Shown piece after piece: positions 53,705-62,436 of a stretch of 64,000 nt of DNA. This stretch comes from a virus, in the IMG/VR virus record IMGVR_UViG_3300045988_183236, positions 35,677-99,676 of that record. One strand, 5' to 3'. Every line of letters begins with the position of its first letter. The first letter of the stretch is position 1. The notes beneath the pieces are model-generated. The model was not told the DNA's origin. It made no database searches and saw only the letters and a list, made by a program, of their open reading frames with translations. The translations under genes were made by a program, and so were the position numbers.

Positions 53705-55348
53705 TTAATCTTTGGCCTTTTTGTCTTTCATGATAGCCTTCTCTTCTTCGGTCACATCCGGTCGAAAATGAGTGACTTCCTCACCGTTGAGATTCTTCTC
53801 ATGAATCAGATAGCCGCCTTCTACGCGTTCCATTGCCTTGGCACCTCCTTTCTCTTTGTTATTCTCAGGCTGTTCACATTGAGTCATAATGTTGATGTTG
53901 CGGTCTGTCTTTGCCTGGATGCTGTTGGCACGGACAATTTCGCCCATGTCAATGCCGGTCGCTTCTTTCACCGTCTGCATGGTTTGAGCCATCAGGATAG
54001 GAACGTTCCCGGAAACGCCGGATACGCCGGAGGCATCACCGCCAATGATAGAAACCTTATCAATGCTGGACAAAGGCTGAGCCACGCTCTTGGCAATGTC
54101 AGGAAGAACCTTGATGAGCATTTCAGCCACAGCCGCATCGTTATACTGCTTATATGCCTCTGCTTTCTGTTTCATGGCTTCCGCTTCAGCCAAGCCTTTC
54201 TGACGAATCGCTTCAGCTTCTGCCTTACCGACAAGCTCAATGCCTTCTGCTTCCTGCTGCTTAGAGAACTTCTGTGCCTCAGCTGCACGTTCCGCCTCAT
54301 ATTTCTTGGCTTCTGCCTCTTTCTGGCGGCGGTACAGGTCAGCATCTGCCTGTTTGCGGACTTCCGCATCCAGTTTGCGTTGCTGGACCTCGGCTTCCTG
54401 TGCGGCAAGGTCTACCATTTTCTTCTGCTTGGCGATTTCAGCATCCGCTTCCGCTTCTTTGATTTCTTTGGCGCGGAGATTCATCTGAATCTGACCGGCA
54501 GCATCTGCGTCAGCCGCAGCTTTATCAGCTTCAGCTTTCAGCTTTGCCTTGGCGAGCTGCAATTCATTGTTGCGTTTTGCAATCGCAGTCTGCGCTTCAA
54601 CTTCCTTGGCATTTGCAGCCATCTCAGCATCGGCCTTCGCGCAGGCTACATCACGGGCAGCCTGAGCACGGGCAATTTCAGCCTGTTTCTTTACGAGCTC
54701 TTCCTGTTCGATGCCGATAGCTTCGATAACGCCGTGATTGTGGCCCTGAACATCCACTGCATCCCTGATGTCCTGGACATTAAAAGTCACGACCTCAAGT
54801 CCCATCTTAGCAAGGTCGGGGCGAGCATTCTCGATAACGCTCACAGCCATCTGCTTGCGGTTCGTCAGAATTTGGTCAACGGTCATATCGGAGACAATCT
54901 CTCGCAAATTGCCCTGCAGAACGTCATTGACTTTGTCATTGATGCCCTGCTCGTTCATGCCGAGAAAGTTCGAGATGGCTGCCTGCTGGCGGGACATGAT
55001 GTACGCCTTGGCGTCTTTCAGACCGGATGCCTTCACTTCTTCATCCAGAACGGTAGAGTTTTCGCTGTAGACTTGAATCGTGACAACAGAGTCAATCCAG
55101 AGACTTACGCCGTTCTTCGTCTTAACACCTGTTTCAGGAGTCTTGACATCGATTTTCAAAAGGCGCATATTTAGTCGGTCAGCCCGTTGAAGAACGGGCA
55201 GAACAAATGTACCCTTTCCGCAAACCACTTTAGGCTTAGACAGGCCAAAGCCAGTTACAACGATAGCCTCCGTGGGCGGAGCTTTCTTGTAGCAGAGAAA
55301 TCCAAAGAGAATAATCAGGGCTGCTACAATTCCAATCACGTATACCAT
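53705..55348 (-). CDS. flotillin-like SPFH/Band-7 domain protein
   Basis: N-terminal TM + SPFH fold motifs (VVTGFGLSKPKVV...GTFVLPVLQR...) followed by long Ala/Glu/Gln-rich coiled coil typical of FloA/YqiK. Confidence 0.7.
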   Translation of the reverse strand: MVYVIGIVAALIILFGFLCYKKAPPTEAIVVTGFGLSKPKVVCGKGTFVLPVLQRADRLNMRLLKIDVKTPETGVKTKNGVSLWIDSVVTIQVYSENSTVLDEEVKASGLKDAKAYIMSRQQAAISNFLGMNEQGINDKVNDVLQGNLREIVSDMTVDQILTNRKQMAVSVIENARPDLAKMGLEVVTFNVQDIRDAVDVQGHNHGVIEAIGIEQEELVKKQAEIARAQAARDVACAKADAEMAANAKEVEAQTAIAKRNNELQLAKAKLKAEADKAAADADAAGQIQMNLRAKEIKEAEADAEIAKQKKMVDLAAQEAEVQQRKLDAEVRKQADADLYRRQKEAEAKKYEAERAAEAQKFSKQQEAEGIELVGKAEAEAIRQKGLAEAEAMKQKAEAYKQYNDAAVAEMLIKVLPDIAKSVAQPLSSIDKVSIIGGDASGVSGVSGNVPILMAQTMQTVKEATGIDMGEIVRANSIQAKTDRNINIMTQCEQPENNKEKGGAKAMERVEGGYLIHEKNLNGEEVTHFRPDVTEEEKAIMKDKKAKD

Positions 55349-55442
55349 AATTTTTATTTCTCCACATTCAATTTTTTAGCTGCTAAGATTCTCATCCCTA
55401 CTGCATCGGTATCGCCCCATCTCACAATCGCTCTGTCTTTAA

Positions 55443-55470
55443 TTGTCTGCAATTCGCACGATTCCGCAAT
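55443..55470 (-). promoter_or_regulatory. TGTGCGAAT-class promoter
   Basis: RC TTGCGG-aat-CGTGCGAAT-tgca-GACAAT. Confidence 0.5.
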
Positions 55471-55608
55471 AAACAAAACCCACAGGTGAGAGAATGACCT
55501 GTGGGCTTCGAAAAGAGGTAATTATGCGCAAGCAGACACGGCATCGATTCGTGGCGACCAACTACAATCGCGATGAACGTCACTTGCCGTTTCTCTTGTA
55601 CAATTTCT

Positions 55609-55636
55609 ATTTTATGAGGTTCGCACAGCGGCGCAA
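55609..55636 (-). promoter_or_regulatory. TGTGCGAAC-class promoter (no obvious downstream gene)
   Basis: RC TTGCGC-cgc-TGTGCGAAC-ctca-TAAAAT. Confidence 0.35.
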
Positions 55637-55770
55637 GGGTAAACTTGCCAAGACTAAGATATTTTTGAGTTTGACTTCTGGTGTTTGTTTTTTTGTACTC
55701 ATTTTCGAAAACTACCATACAATACCCCTGGCACAAAATGAGATACACCTCCAGCTACAACTCAAGAGCC

Positions 55771-55805
55771 CCATCCAAGATGACGGGGCTCTAGTTTTAT
55801 ATATT
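55771..55805 (+). terminator. rho-independent terminator (insulating plus-strand operon)
   Basis: AGAGCCCC-auccaagaugac-GGGGCUCU + AGUUUUAU. Confidence 0.45.
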
Positions 55806-55927
55806 AGGGCAACAATAAATCTCGTGCATAAAGGTTAAGTATTCATGAACAAAGTTGCGATTTTGGCCCGTCCATCTGTAAAATATGATATAATTATGTT
55901 AGAAAGAATTGTGGGAGGAGAAAAACA

Positions 55928-57325
55928 ATGACGGTCGGGGATATTCTTGTAAGCATCAACCAAGCAAGTCTTGATACGATGCTTCCCCTTACTGCAGTGC
56001 AGACGAGCGCGGATATTGAACGGTACTACAAAGAAGGCTACAGCATCGGTATAACGGCCACTGAATTCGCTAAGAAGTATCCGAGACTGCCCATCACCAG
56101 GATTTATGCCGCTCGCAATATGTTGGCCCCACTCTATTACTGCGAACTCGATAATCCGGCCATTCCCATCGTTCTTTCTCTAAACATTTATGGCGACAAG
56201 CGTCTGGCTGTGAACGGCGAATCGGACGAGAAATTCCAGCAGAGAGTTCTGGATATGGCCGAGAAAATCTCATCGGGAAACGCCCCCTTTATTCGCAGCT
56301 ACCTCTTTTCCCTGGAAGACAGCCTGCGTGTATCGGTTCTTTCTAAATACATTGAGTTGTCCAGTCCGGGTGAGAATCTATACGCACTTTTTTTGGACTT
56401 CTATCGTACCAGTGATTTTGGGTTCTCGGCTCTCAAAGAGGATAACCTTCAGAAAGTCTTTTCTGGAAAGTCTCAGAAACAAAAGCAGAACACTGAAAAG
56501 AAGCTATCCAGCCTGCCAGATATTGTGACCATCTATCGTGGGGAAGGAAGCAAATCAACTCCATACGAGAAATCTTTCTCCTGGACCACAAGCTACAAGG
56601 TAGCCTGTTTCTTTGCCTGCCGCATCCCGAGTCTCGAGAACAGCAGAATCATCACTGCCCATGTCAGCAAATGTGACATCATCGAGTATTTTCCGAATGA
56701 TGAAGAAAAAGAGGTTCTTGTCCCACCGGCTGCCGTAAAAGATAGAAAGGTCGATACACTATACGGCATTAACGCTCTGACAGATGAAATTCAGGCGTTC
56801 TTCCCTCTCTACCAGCGCTACCGGAGCCGCATTTCCACTCTGTATGATGCTTATGGCCGGGCTAATGATGAGGAGCACGACGCCGAGCATACGCTGCGAG
56901 TTCTCTTTGATGCGCTGCTTTTGGTTCAGGTTCAGGGCATTGCCTTAACAAAAAAAGAATCCCACCAGCTATGTGATGCGATTCTTTATCATGATATTGG
57001 GCGGACAAACGATGATGTCGATGACAGCCACGGAGCAAAGTCCAATGACATTTATTATGATGCTGTTCCCGAATGCAATTCGGCAACTGCTTTCCTCATC
57101 GAGTACCATTGCTTGGATGACCGCAAGGCTCTTGCAGACCTCAAAGCATCCAATATTCGAAACAAAGAACGGGTGTGGCTGCTATATACGATTCTCAAGG
57201 ATGCAGATGCCCTGGACCGTGTGCGGTTCGGAATGCGGGCCGTGGACCCCAAGTATTTTCGAAACGAGATGGCCCACAAGCTACTGCCCACCGCGCAGAG
57301 TTGTGTGGGGCAGCTGAAACTATGA
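55928..57325 (+). CDS. two-domain protein: N-terminal domain with possible ADP-ribosyltransferase-like R/S-T-S/E motifs, C-terminal HD phosphohydrolase domain
   Basis: GGGAGGAG RBS; TIYRGEGS...SWTTS...NDEEKEV; HD motif EHDAEHTL...ILYHDIGRTNDD. Confidence 0.55.
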   Translation: MTVGDILVSINQASLDTMLPLTAVQTSADIERYYKEGYSIGITATEFAKKYPRLPITRIYAARNMLAPLYYCELDNPAIPIVLSLNIYGDKRLAVNGESDEKFQQRVLDMAEKISSGNAPFIRSYLFSLEDSLRVSVLSKYIELSSPGENLYALFLDFYRTSDFGFSALKEDNLQKVFSGKSQKQKQNTEKKLSSLPDIVTIYRGEGSKSTPYEKSFSWTTSYKVACFFACRIPSLENSRIITAHVSKCDIIEYFPNDEEKEVLVPPAAVKDRKVDTLYGINALTDEIQAFFPLYQRYRSRISTLYDAYGRANDEEHDAEHTLRVLFDALLLVQVQGIALTKKESHQLCDAILYHDIGRTNDDVDDSHGAKSNDIYYDAVPECNSATAFLIEYHCLDDRKALADLKASNIRNKERVWLLYTILKDADALDRVRFGMRAVDPKYFRNEMAHKLLPTAQSCVGQLKL

Positions 57326-57335
57326 GGAGGATACC

Positions 57336-58880
57336 GTGCAGAACGAAAATGGTGTTTTGGCAGAGCAGGAAGAAATTCACAATGCGTTAGTCGATAAATA
57401 CGTTCCCATATGGGATAAGAAATACCGGAGCAAGGGCGAGTCTATCTGGGTATTTCAGAGAAGAACCCTGTCCAGCGCTTGCCAGGTTGCGACGACATTG
57501 CATGACATGGATTTTGGGAAAGCATCTACTTTCCTCTTTCACCTGGTCCGTGAAGCTGAGGAGTGCAAACCCATCATTGAGGCCGTCAGCTCTCAGGTAG
57601 AGCTTGCCATGGCAAACCCCGACAAGTTCATTAAAGGCTATCATCAGTTTTTGCAGGGGCTCACAAAGCCCATCAAGAAGAATAAGGACTATGCTCTGTA
57701 TTTCAAGGCTATTGCTTATGCGCAGGAATGTGTTCATTCAGGATTATCCATTGACGGAAATGTGGAACGTAATGATTCTGTCCTGTACGCGGTAATCGAT
57801 ATGCTGATGCAGGGGAGCGAATACCTCAAGCCTCAGGAATTCGATATTGTGAACAACATTGTCGGTATCTCAACTGAGAACGAGCCAATCATCATCCGGG
57901 ACCCCTATCCCCTCGCCGATGTTCCTGTCTATTATAGTGATGCTCTTTTCAATAATCGGCCATACGATAAATGCGATTTTCAGATTTCTGAAGATAGACG
58001 CCTGGATATGGTCTTTTCGTACTACAAGCGTTATGGCTATGAGAATGTAGCAGATTTCGATAGCATCAACGACCTCGCTTTGCTCTCGCATTTGTATACA
58101 AACACGGTTCTTTCGATGGCCACCTATGTGAACGAGTATACCGTGGATATGCTGCCGGACAAGCCGCTGATTGAGAATACTCCGAACATGTGGTCCTGGT
58201 GGCCAAAGCCCATCTCACCCAAATATACGACAGAGTTTCTGAAAGATACGCTGCACCATCGCCGCAGAACTCTTCCCGCCAACGGTGCATTGTTTCAGTT
58301 TGATGTCTGCCAGCTGATACAGGAAATTAAGCTGAAAGAGACTTGCCGCGACAACGAGATTGTGTGTCTGTATAAAATCGTAACCAAGTTCGGTGACCTG
58401 GCCGGATACTATAACACAAGCACCGAGTGGTTTTATATTTTGACTGACCGAGCTCAATTTCCAGAGCTGGTTGACAGCGTCACGAATCTGATTCTCTGGC
58501 TGTACACTTCTCTCGCCTGTGATTTGCCGGATGTCCTGCCCACTGATGCGTCGTTCCGGTCTTCGTTTGTGACACACGCGGATGCTCCATTCGGGATTCG
58601 TTGTCTGATGATTGGCGGAAAGCCCCGCGATTATCGCAAGAAAGGCAATGGTGACGACGAGCCGCTGCGGGTGTTCGACAAGTCCAAATATGATGCTTCG
58701 TCCAAAAACATCAATGGTTTCATTCGCCACCTGCCTGCCGGACAGAAAGCAAGCGAACGTGCCATCCTGATAGCTGAAAGCTATGGCTATGAGCTGAAGA
58801 GTGATGAAACTTATGTCACGCCGTTTGTGAGAAGACAATGGCTGAAAAAGAAAACTGAAGAGTCAATAATCCACGACTAA
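57336..58880 (+). CDS. hypothetical large protein (co-operonic with HD protein)
   Basis: 514 aa; ATG 8 nt after upstream stop. Confidence 0.5.
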   Translation: MQNENGVLAEQEEIHNALVDKYVPIWDKKYRSKGESIWVFQRRTLSSACQVATTLHDMDFGKASTFLFHLVREAEECKPIIEAVSSQVELAMANPDKFIKGYHQFLQGLTKPIKKNKDYALYFKAIAYAQECVHSGLSIDGNVERNDSVLYAVIDMLMQGSEYLKPQEFDIVNNIVGISTENEPIIIRDPYPLADVPVYYSDALFNNRPYDKCDFQISEDRRLDMVFSYYKRYGYENVADFDSINDLALLSHLYTNTVLSMATYVNEYTVDMLPDKPLIENTPNMWSWWPKPISPKYTTEFLKDTLHHRRRTLPANGALFQFDVCQLIQEIKLKETCRDNEIVCLYKIVTKFGDLAGYYNTSTEWFYILTDRAQFPELVDSVTNLILWLYTSLACDLPDVLPTDASFRSSFVTHADAPFGIRCLMIGGKPRDYRKKGNGDDEPLRVFDKSKYDASSKNINGFIRHLPAGQKASERAILIAESYGYELKSDETYVTPFVRRQWLKKKTEESIIHD

Positions 58881-58911
58881 AGTCGCGGGTCTCCTTGCCC
58901 TGATTTATGAA

Positions 58912-58950
58912 TAAAAGCGCCCACCGAAAAATGGTGAGCGCTTTTATTTT
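58912..58950 (+). terminator. rho-independent terminator
   Basis: AGCGCCCACCGAAAAAUGGUGAGCGCU + UUUAUUUUUU. Confidence 0.65.
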
Positions 58951-58984
58951 TTCATTCCAAAAAGCCGGAGAGTTTTCCCATTCC

Positions 58985-59062
58985 AGAAAACTTTTTCCAA
59001 AAATGCCAAAAGTTTTCTGAACTCAGAAAAGTTTTGCTGCTATTCCAGAAGTTTTTTGGTTT
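58985..59062. repeat. cluster of CAGAAAAGTTTT repeats in direct and inverted orientation
   Basis: ttCCAGAAAACTTTTtccaaaaatgccAAAAGTTTTCTGaactCAGAAAAGTTTTgctgctattCCAGAAGTTTTTTgg. Confidence 0.5.
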
Positions 59063-59080
59063 CGGAAAATCATGCGACTA

Positions 59081-60106
59081 TCATTGGGGGTTCACTATCG
59101 GCGTTGCAGTTCTTGCCTGCGGGTCAATAGAATAAGTGGCATCAATGTATACCGTATTGTTCCCTGTGTCTTTTCTCACAAAAACTGGCATTACAATTTC
59201 TGTGATGGATGTTGGGTCGTTGCCATTCTCTGCATAAGTTTCAGCATATTCTTGCCAACGAATGTCAACATAGGCGTTGGAATGTGGTTCCAGTAGTGCC
59301 GCTCCTTCCGGGGTACATTCAAAGCCGTTGATAGAGCCTTTGTCCAAAATGATATCGATACGGTCATCCGTCTTGTTCTGACAGTAGGCTTTCGCCGTAT
59401 AGCCCATGAAACTATCAGAATAAAATCCGCAAACGACCATGCTGCAGGCATTATTGTCGAACAGCACAATATCCGTGGGCTGAATCTCGTGTTTTGGTTT
59501 TGTCGCTTTCTCTTCACCTTTCGGATAAATCACAAAGTCATCATCGATAGGGTCATCACGATTCGACACATCCCATTCTGCTTCATCATAGACATCGATG
59601 TGAAGTTTGACGGTATCGATGTCTTGCGGTTTCACTCCATAGATTTCCAGTCCTGCTTTATCCCACGAAACGACCTCGGTGGTTTTCACTCCTGGTCCAA
59701 TTTCCGGGAACCAACTGGTATCTGCCGGGATTCCATTCAAGGACGAGCTGCTTGTGATAGCGCAAAGAGTTTTGTCATCCGTTTTATTTTGGAAATCAAC
59801 GGTCCAGTAGTATCCGTAGTCATCATCATAGCCAACGCTCTGCAAGATGATGGTACAGGTATCGTTGTCGGCAATCGTCTGTGGCTGGAAACTCTCATCG
59901 AACTGGATGTCAGGTTCAGCCGTTGTACTATCGGCAGCACTACTTGCAGTACTCGTTGAAGAGTCGCTGGTGCTTTCCTCGGAGGATGCAGCATCAGATG
60001 TAGCTGCACTGCTGGCAGCAGTACTGGTAGTGTTAGAGCTGCTACAGGCGGCCAGGGAAAGTACAAGCAAAGCCGAAAGTGCTAATGATACAACCTTTTT
60101 CATGAT
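59081..60106 (-). CDS. lipoprotein with Ser/Thr-rich linker and two internal ~110-aa repeats
   Basis: Start MKKVVSLALSALLVLSLAAC (lipobox); paralog of 60248-61345. Confidence 0.6.
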   Translation of the reverse strand: MMKKVVSLALSALLVLSLAACSSSNTTSTAASSAATSDAASSEESTSDSSTSTASSAADSTTAEPDIQFDESFQPQTIADNDTCTIILQSVGYDDDYGYYWTVDFQNKTDDKTLCAITSSSSLNGIPADTSWFPEIGPGVKTTEVVSWDKAGLEIYGVKPQDIDTVKLHIDVYDEAEWDVSNRDDPIDDDFVIYPKGEEKATKPKHEIQPTDIVLFDNNACSMVVCGFYSDSFMGYTAKAYCQNKTDDRIDIILDKGSINGFECTPEGAALLEPHSNAYVDIRWQEYAETYAENGNDPTSITEIVMPVFVRKDTGNNTVYIDATYSIDPQARTATPIVNPQ

Positions 60107-60247
60107 TTTCTCCTTTTTTCTTTGTATAAGGCTATTATACATCAAAAGCGCTTCGGCATTTTACTTTTCCAGAACGAAACCTTTACTTACAAAGTTGCAA
60201 ACGAAGCCCGGGAAAGTTAATAATTTTAATCGCAGGAGGGCGTCAAA

Positions 60248-61345
60248 TTATTTCGATGTTGTCACGGAATTTGTCTGAGGGTTAATAGTGAAAGTCTCAT
60301 CTACATAGATGTCCCGAGTATTGAAATTGTTTATAACGATTGGCATCACCATTTCGGTGATAGAGGTGGGGTCTTTACCGTTGGCCTCATAAGTATCCAA
60401 ATAATCGCGATAGTAGATGTCTACATAGGCATTAGTGTGCGCATCAATTCCCATTGTATCTGTTTCAGGGAAGCACTCAAAGCCATTTATGGAACCTCCA
60501 CTTCTAAAGGCAAGCATGATTTCTTTATCTGTTTTGTTTTCGATGTAAGCTTTAGCCGTGTAACCGTCCAGGCCATCGGGGTCAAATCCACAAATCATCA
60601 GAGTGCAAGCGTCATTGTCGGCCAGTACGAGGTCTGTGGGTTGGGTTTCATGCTTTGGCTCGGTTGCGTTTTCTTCCCCTTTTGGATAGACCACGAAATC
60701 GTCATCAACAAAGTCATGCCGTGGGATAACATCATAATCTAATTCGTTATAGACATCGAGATAAAAACTTACCGTATTGATATCCTGCGGATTGATGTTA
60801 TAAATTTTAAGCCCGGAACTTTCCCAATGATGAATCTCCGTTTCCTCTTGACCAGGTTCAACACTCGTAAGCCAAAGGCTCGCACCCACGCCATTCAATG
60901 TGCAGTCGCCAAACGAGTAACCGAGTTTTTTATCTGATGTCTTATTCTTGAAGTAAAGCTTCCAATAATAGCCGTAATCATCATCGTAGCCTACGCTCTG
61001 CAAGATAATGATGCATTCTTCATTATCAACAAGTGTTTGTGCCTGGAAATCATTATCGTATGTAATTTTGGGTTCGGGGGACGGCGTAGGTAAACCGCTG
61101 CCTGTGCCGTTCCACACCCTTTCATATGTTTTGCCGTCTTCTGTAGTATATGTCTCTCCTACTTTAATCCCGTCAGGGCTGTAATCTTGCGTGCTATTGG
61201 AAGTGCTATTTGACGAAGCACTTGACGACGAAGCACTTGACTTGGATTCACTTGAGGCTGCAGCAGAACTGTCTGCCTTGCCACAGGCAGCCAACGAGAG
61301 GACGAGCAAAGTCGAAAGTGCTAATGATACAACCTTTTTCATAGT
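60248..61345 (-). CDS. lipoprotein paralog with internal repeats
   Basis: Start MKKVVSLALSTLLVLSLAAC; shared ...ILQSVGYDDDYGYYW... and ...PTSITEIVMP... blocks with 59081-60106. Confidence 0.6.
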   Translation of the reverse strand, partial: TMKKVVSLALSTLLVLSLAACGKADSSAAASSESKSSASSSSASSNSTSNSTQDYSPDGIKVGETYTTEDGKTYERVWNGTGSGLPTPSPEPKITYDNDFQAQTLVDNEECIIILQSVGYDDDYGYYWKLYFKNKTSDKKLGYSFGDCTLNGVGASLWLTSVEPGQEETEIHHWESSGLKIYNINPQDINTVSFYLDVYNELDYDVIPRHDFVDDDFVVYPKGEENATEPKHETQPTDLVLADNDACTLMICGFDPDGLDGYTAKAYIENKTDKEIMLAFRSGGSINGFECFPETDTMGIDAHTNAYVDIYYRDYLDTYEANGKDPTSITEMVMPIVINNFNTRDIYVDETFTINPQTNSVTTSK

Positions 61346-61853
61346 GTTCTCCTTTTTTCTGTTTGTCAGAGCCATTATACACCAAAAGCACTTTGACTTA
61401 TTTATTTTGGGAATATTTATCGCCAATTTGAGCGGATTGCACAAATAGCAAGAAGAAAATCAGTGCATATATGCTTCGACATTTTCCTTTCCCCTCTGCA
61501 TTTTCCAGAACGAAACTTTTAATGCAGGCTTTCCCAAACGAAACTTTTGGGAGTTGTGATTTGAACTTGACAGCATTTGCGGCAGCTGAGATTTTGCTAT
61601 TCGCCTGTTCCGATTGTCTCACCACAGATACGAAGCAGCGCATTTCGCTTTTGTGAGATACATCTCATATTCGGAAAGGCTGCGACAAAATTCTGAGGTT
61701 TCAGCGGCTCGCTTGCGACATTTTTCCAACTTTTTGGGCAGCAAAAAAGCCTTACCAGAATGGTAGAGTCTTTGCATGTTTTCTTTCGGTCATACGAGTA
61801 GGAAGCGTCATTTATCCGATATTCTTTCGCGCAAAAAAATGAACTTGCTTCGA

Positions 61854-61930
61854 GGTGAAGCGTAGCAAGTGCTTAGCAAGTTTTTAGCAAGTTCGTAGCA
61901 AGTATGCAACAAGCTCATGACAAGTACAAT
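61854..61930. repeat. six 11-bp-phased (A/G)CAAG iterons (minus-strand ACTTGCTA x4) ending at a TACAAT -10-like hexamer
   Basis: GCAAG at 61865, 61876, 61887, 61898, ACAAG at 61908 and 61919; inverted CTTGC at 61854. Confidence 0.5.
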
Positions 61931-61962
61931 GTCTACTTTTCCGTAGCAAAAAGAAAAGCCAC

Positions 61963-62000
61963 CAAACGATTTCACTCGCTTGGCGGCTTAGCTATATTCC
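61963..62000 (-). terminator. rho-independent terminator
   Basis: RC AGCCGCCAAGCGAGUGAAAUCGUUUGGUGGCU + UUUCUUUUUGC. Confidence 0.5.
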
Positions 62001-62038
62001 TATACTGTTTTATCAAAACAACTCATCCAACTTCTCGC

Positions 62039-62362
62039 TCAGCGTCCCATCCCTTGCATAGGGTAGCGCATTACAGATACGGAAGTTATACTGCTTTCCG
62101 TTATGCTCCTCAGAGAAACCCAGAATATAGTTGGCTGCAATGCGATAGATGATTTCGGACGGGGCCAGAGGTCCAGAACGACAATTTCACAAGTCTCGGC
62201 ATCAACGCCTGTGCTCATCAGACGGCTTGTAACAGCGATAACAGGGTACTTCTGAGAAGGGTCGATAAAGTTATCGAGCTGAGCCACGCCAAATAATGCT
62301 GAATCGGAATTCAGTGAAATTGAATTCAACGTTTTTGAGAATACAAGAAGAGCCCCCGCCAA
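62039..62362 (-). pseudogene. fragment of SF2 helicase / restriction-enzyme R-subunit-like gene
   Basis: ...[24 protein letters not shown] resembles helicase motif VI region (LxTGxDxP) followed by out-of-frame sequence; no N-terminal domains present. Confidence 0.35.
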
Positions 62363-62436
62363 AGAGCGGAGGCTTGTTTTTGTGCAGCAAAGCTCAAAGT
62401 CCTAGGGGTATTTCTCCAAACGCCAGGAAATCTCCC

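Noticed and set aside
53624-55174. 516-aa plus-strand ORF
   Set aside because: Antisense to the flotillin gene; coiled-coil repeat DNA yields long antisense frames.
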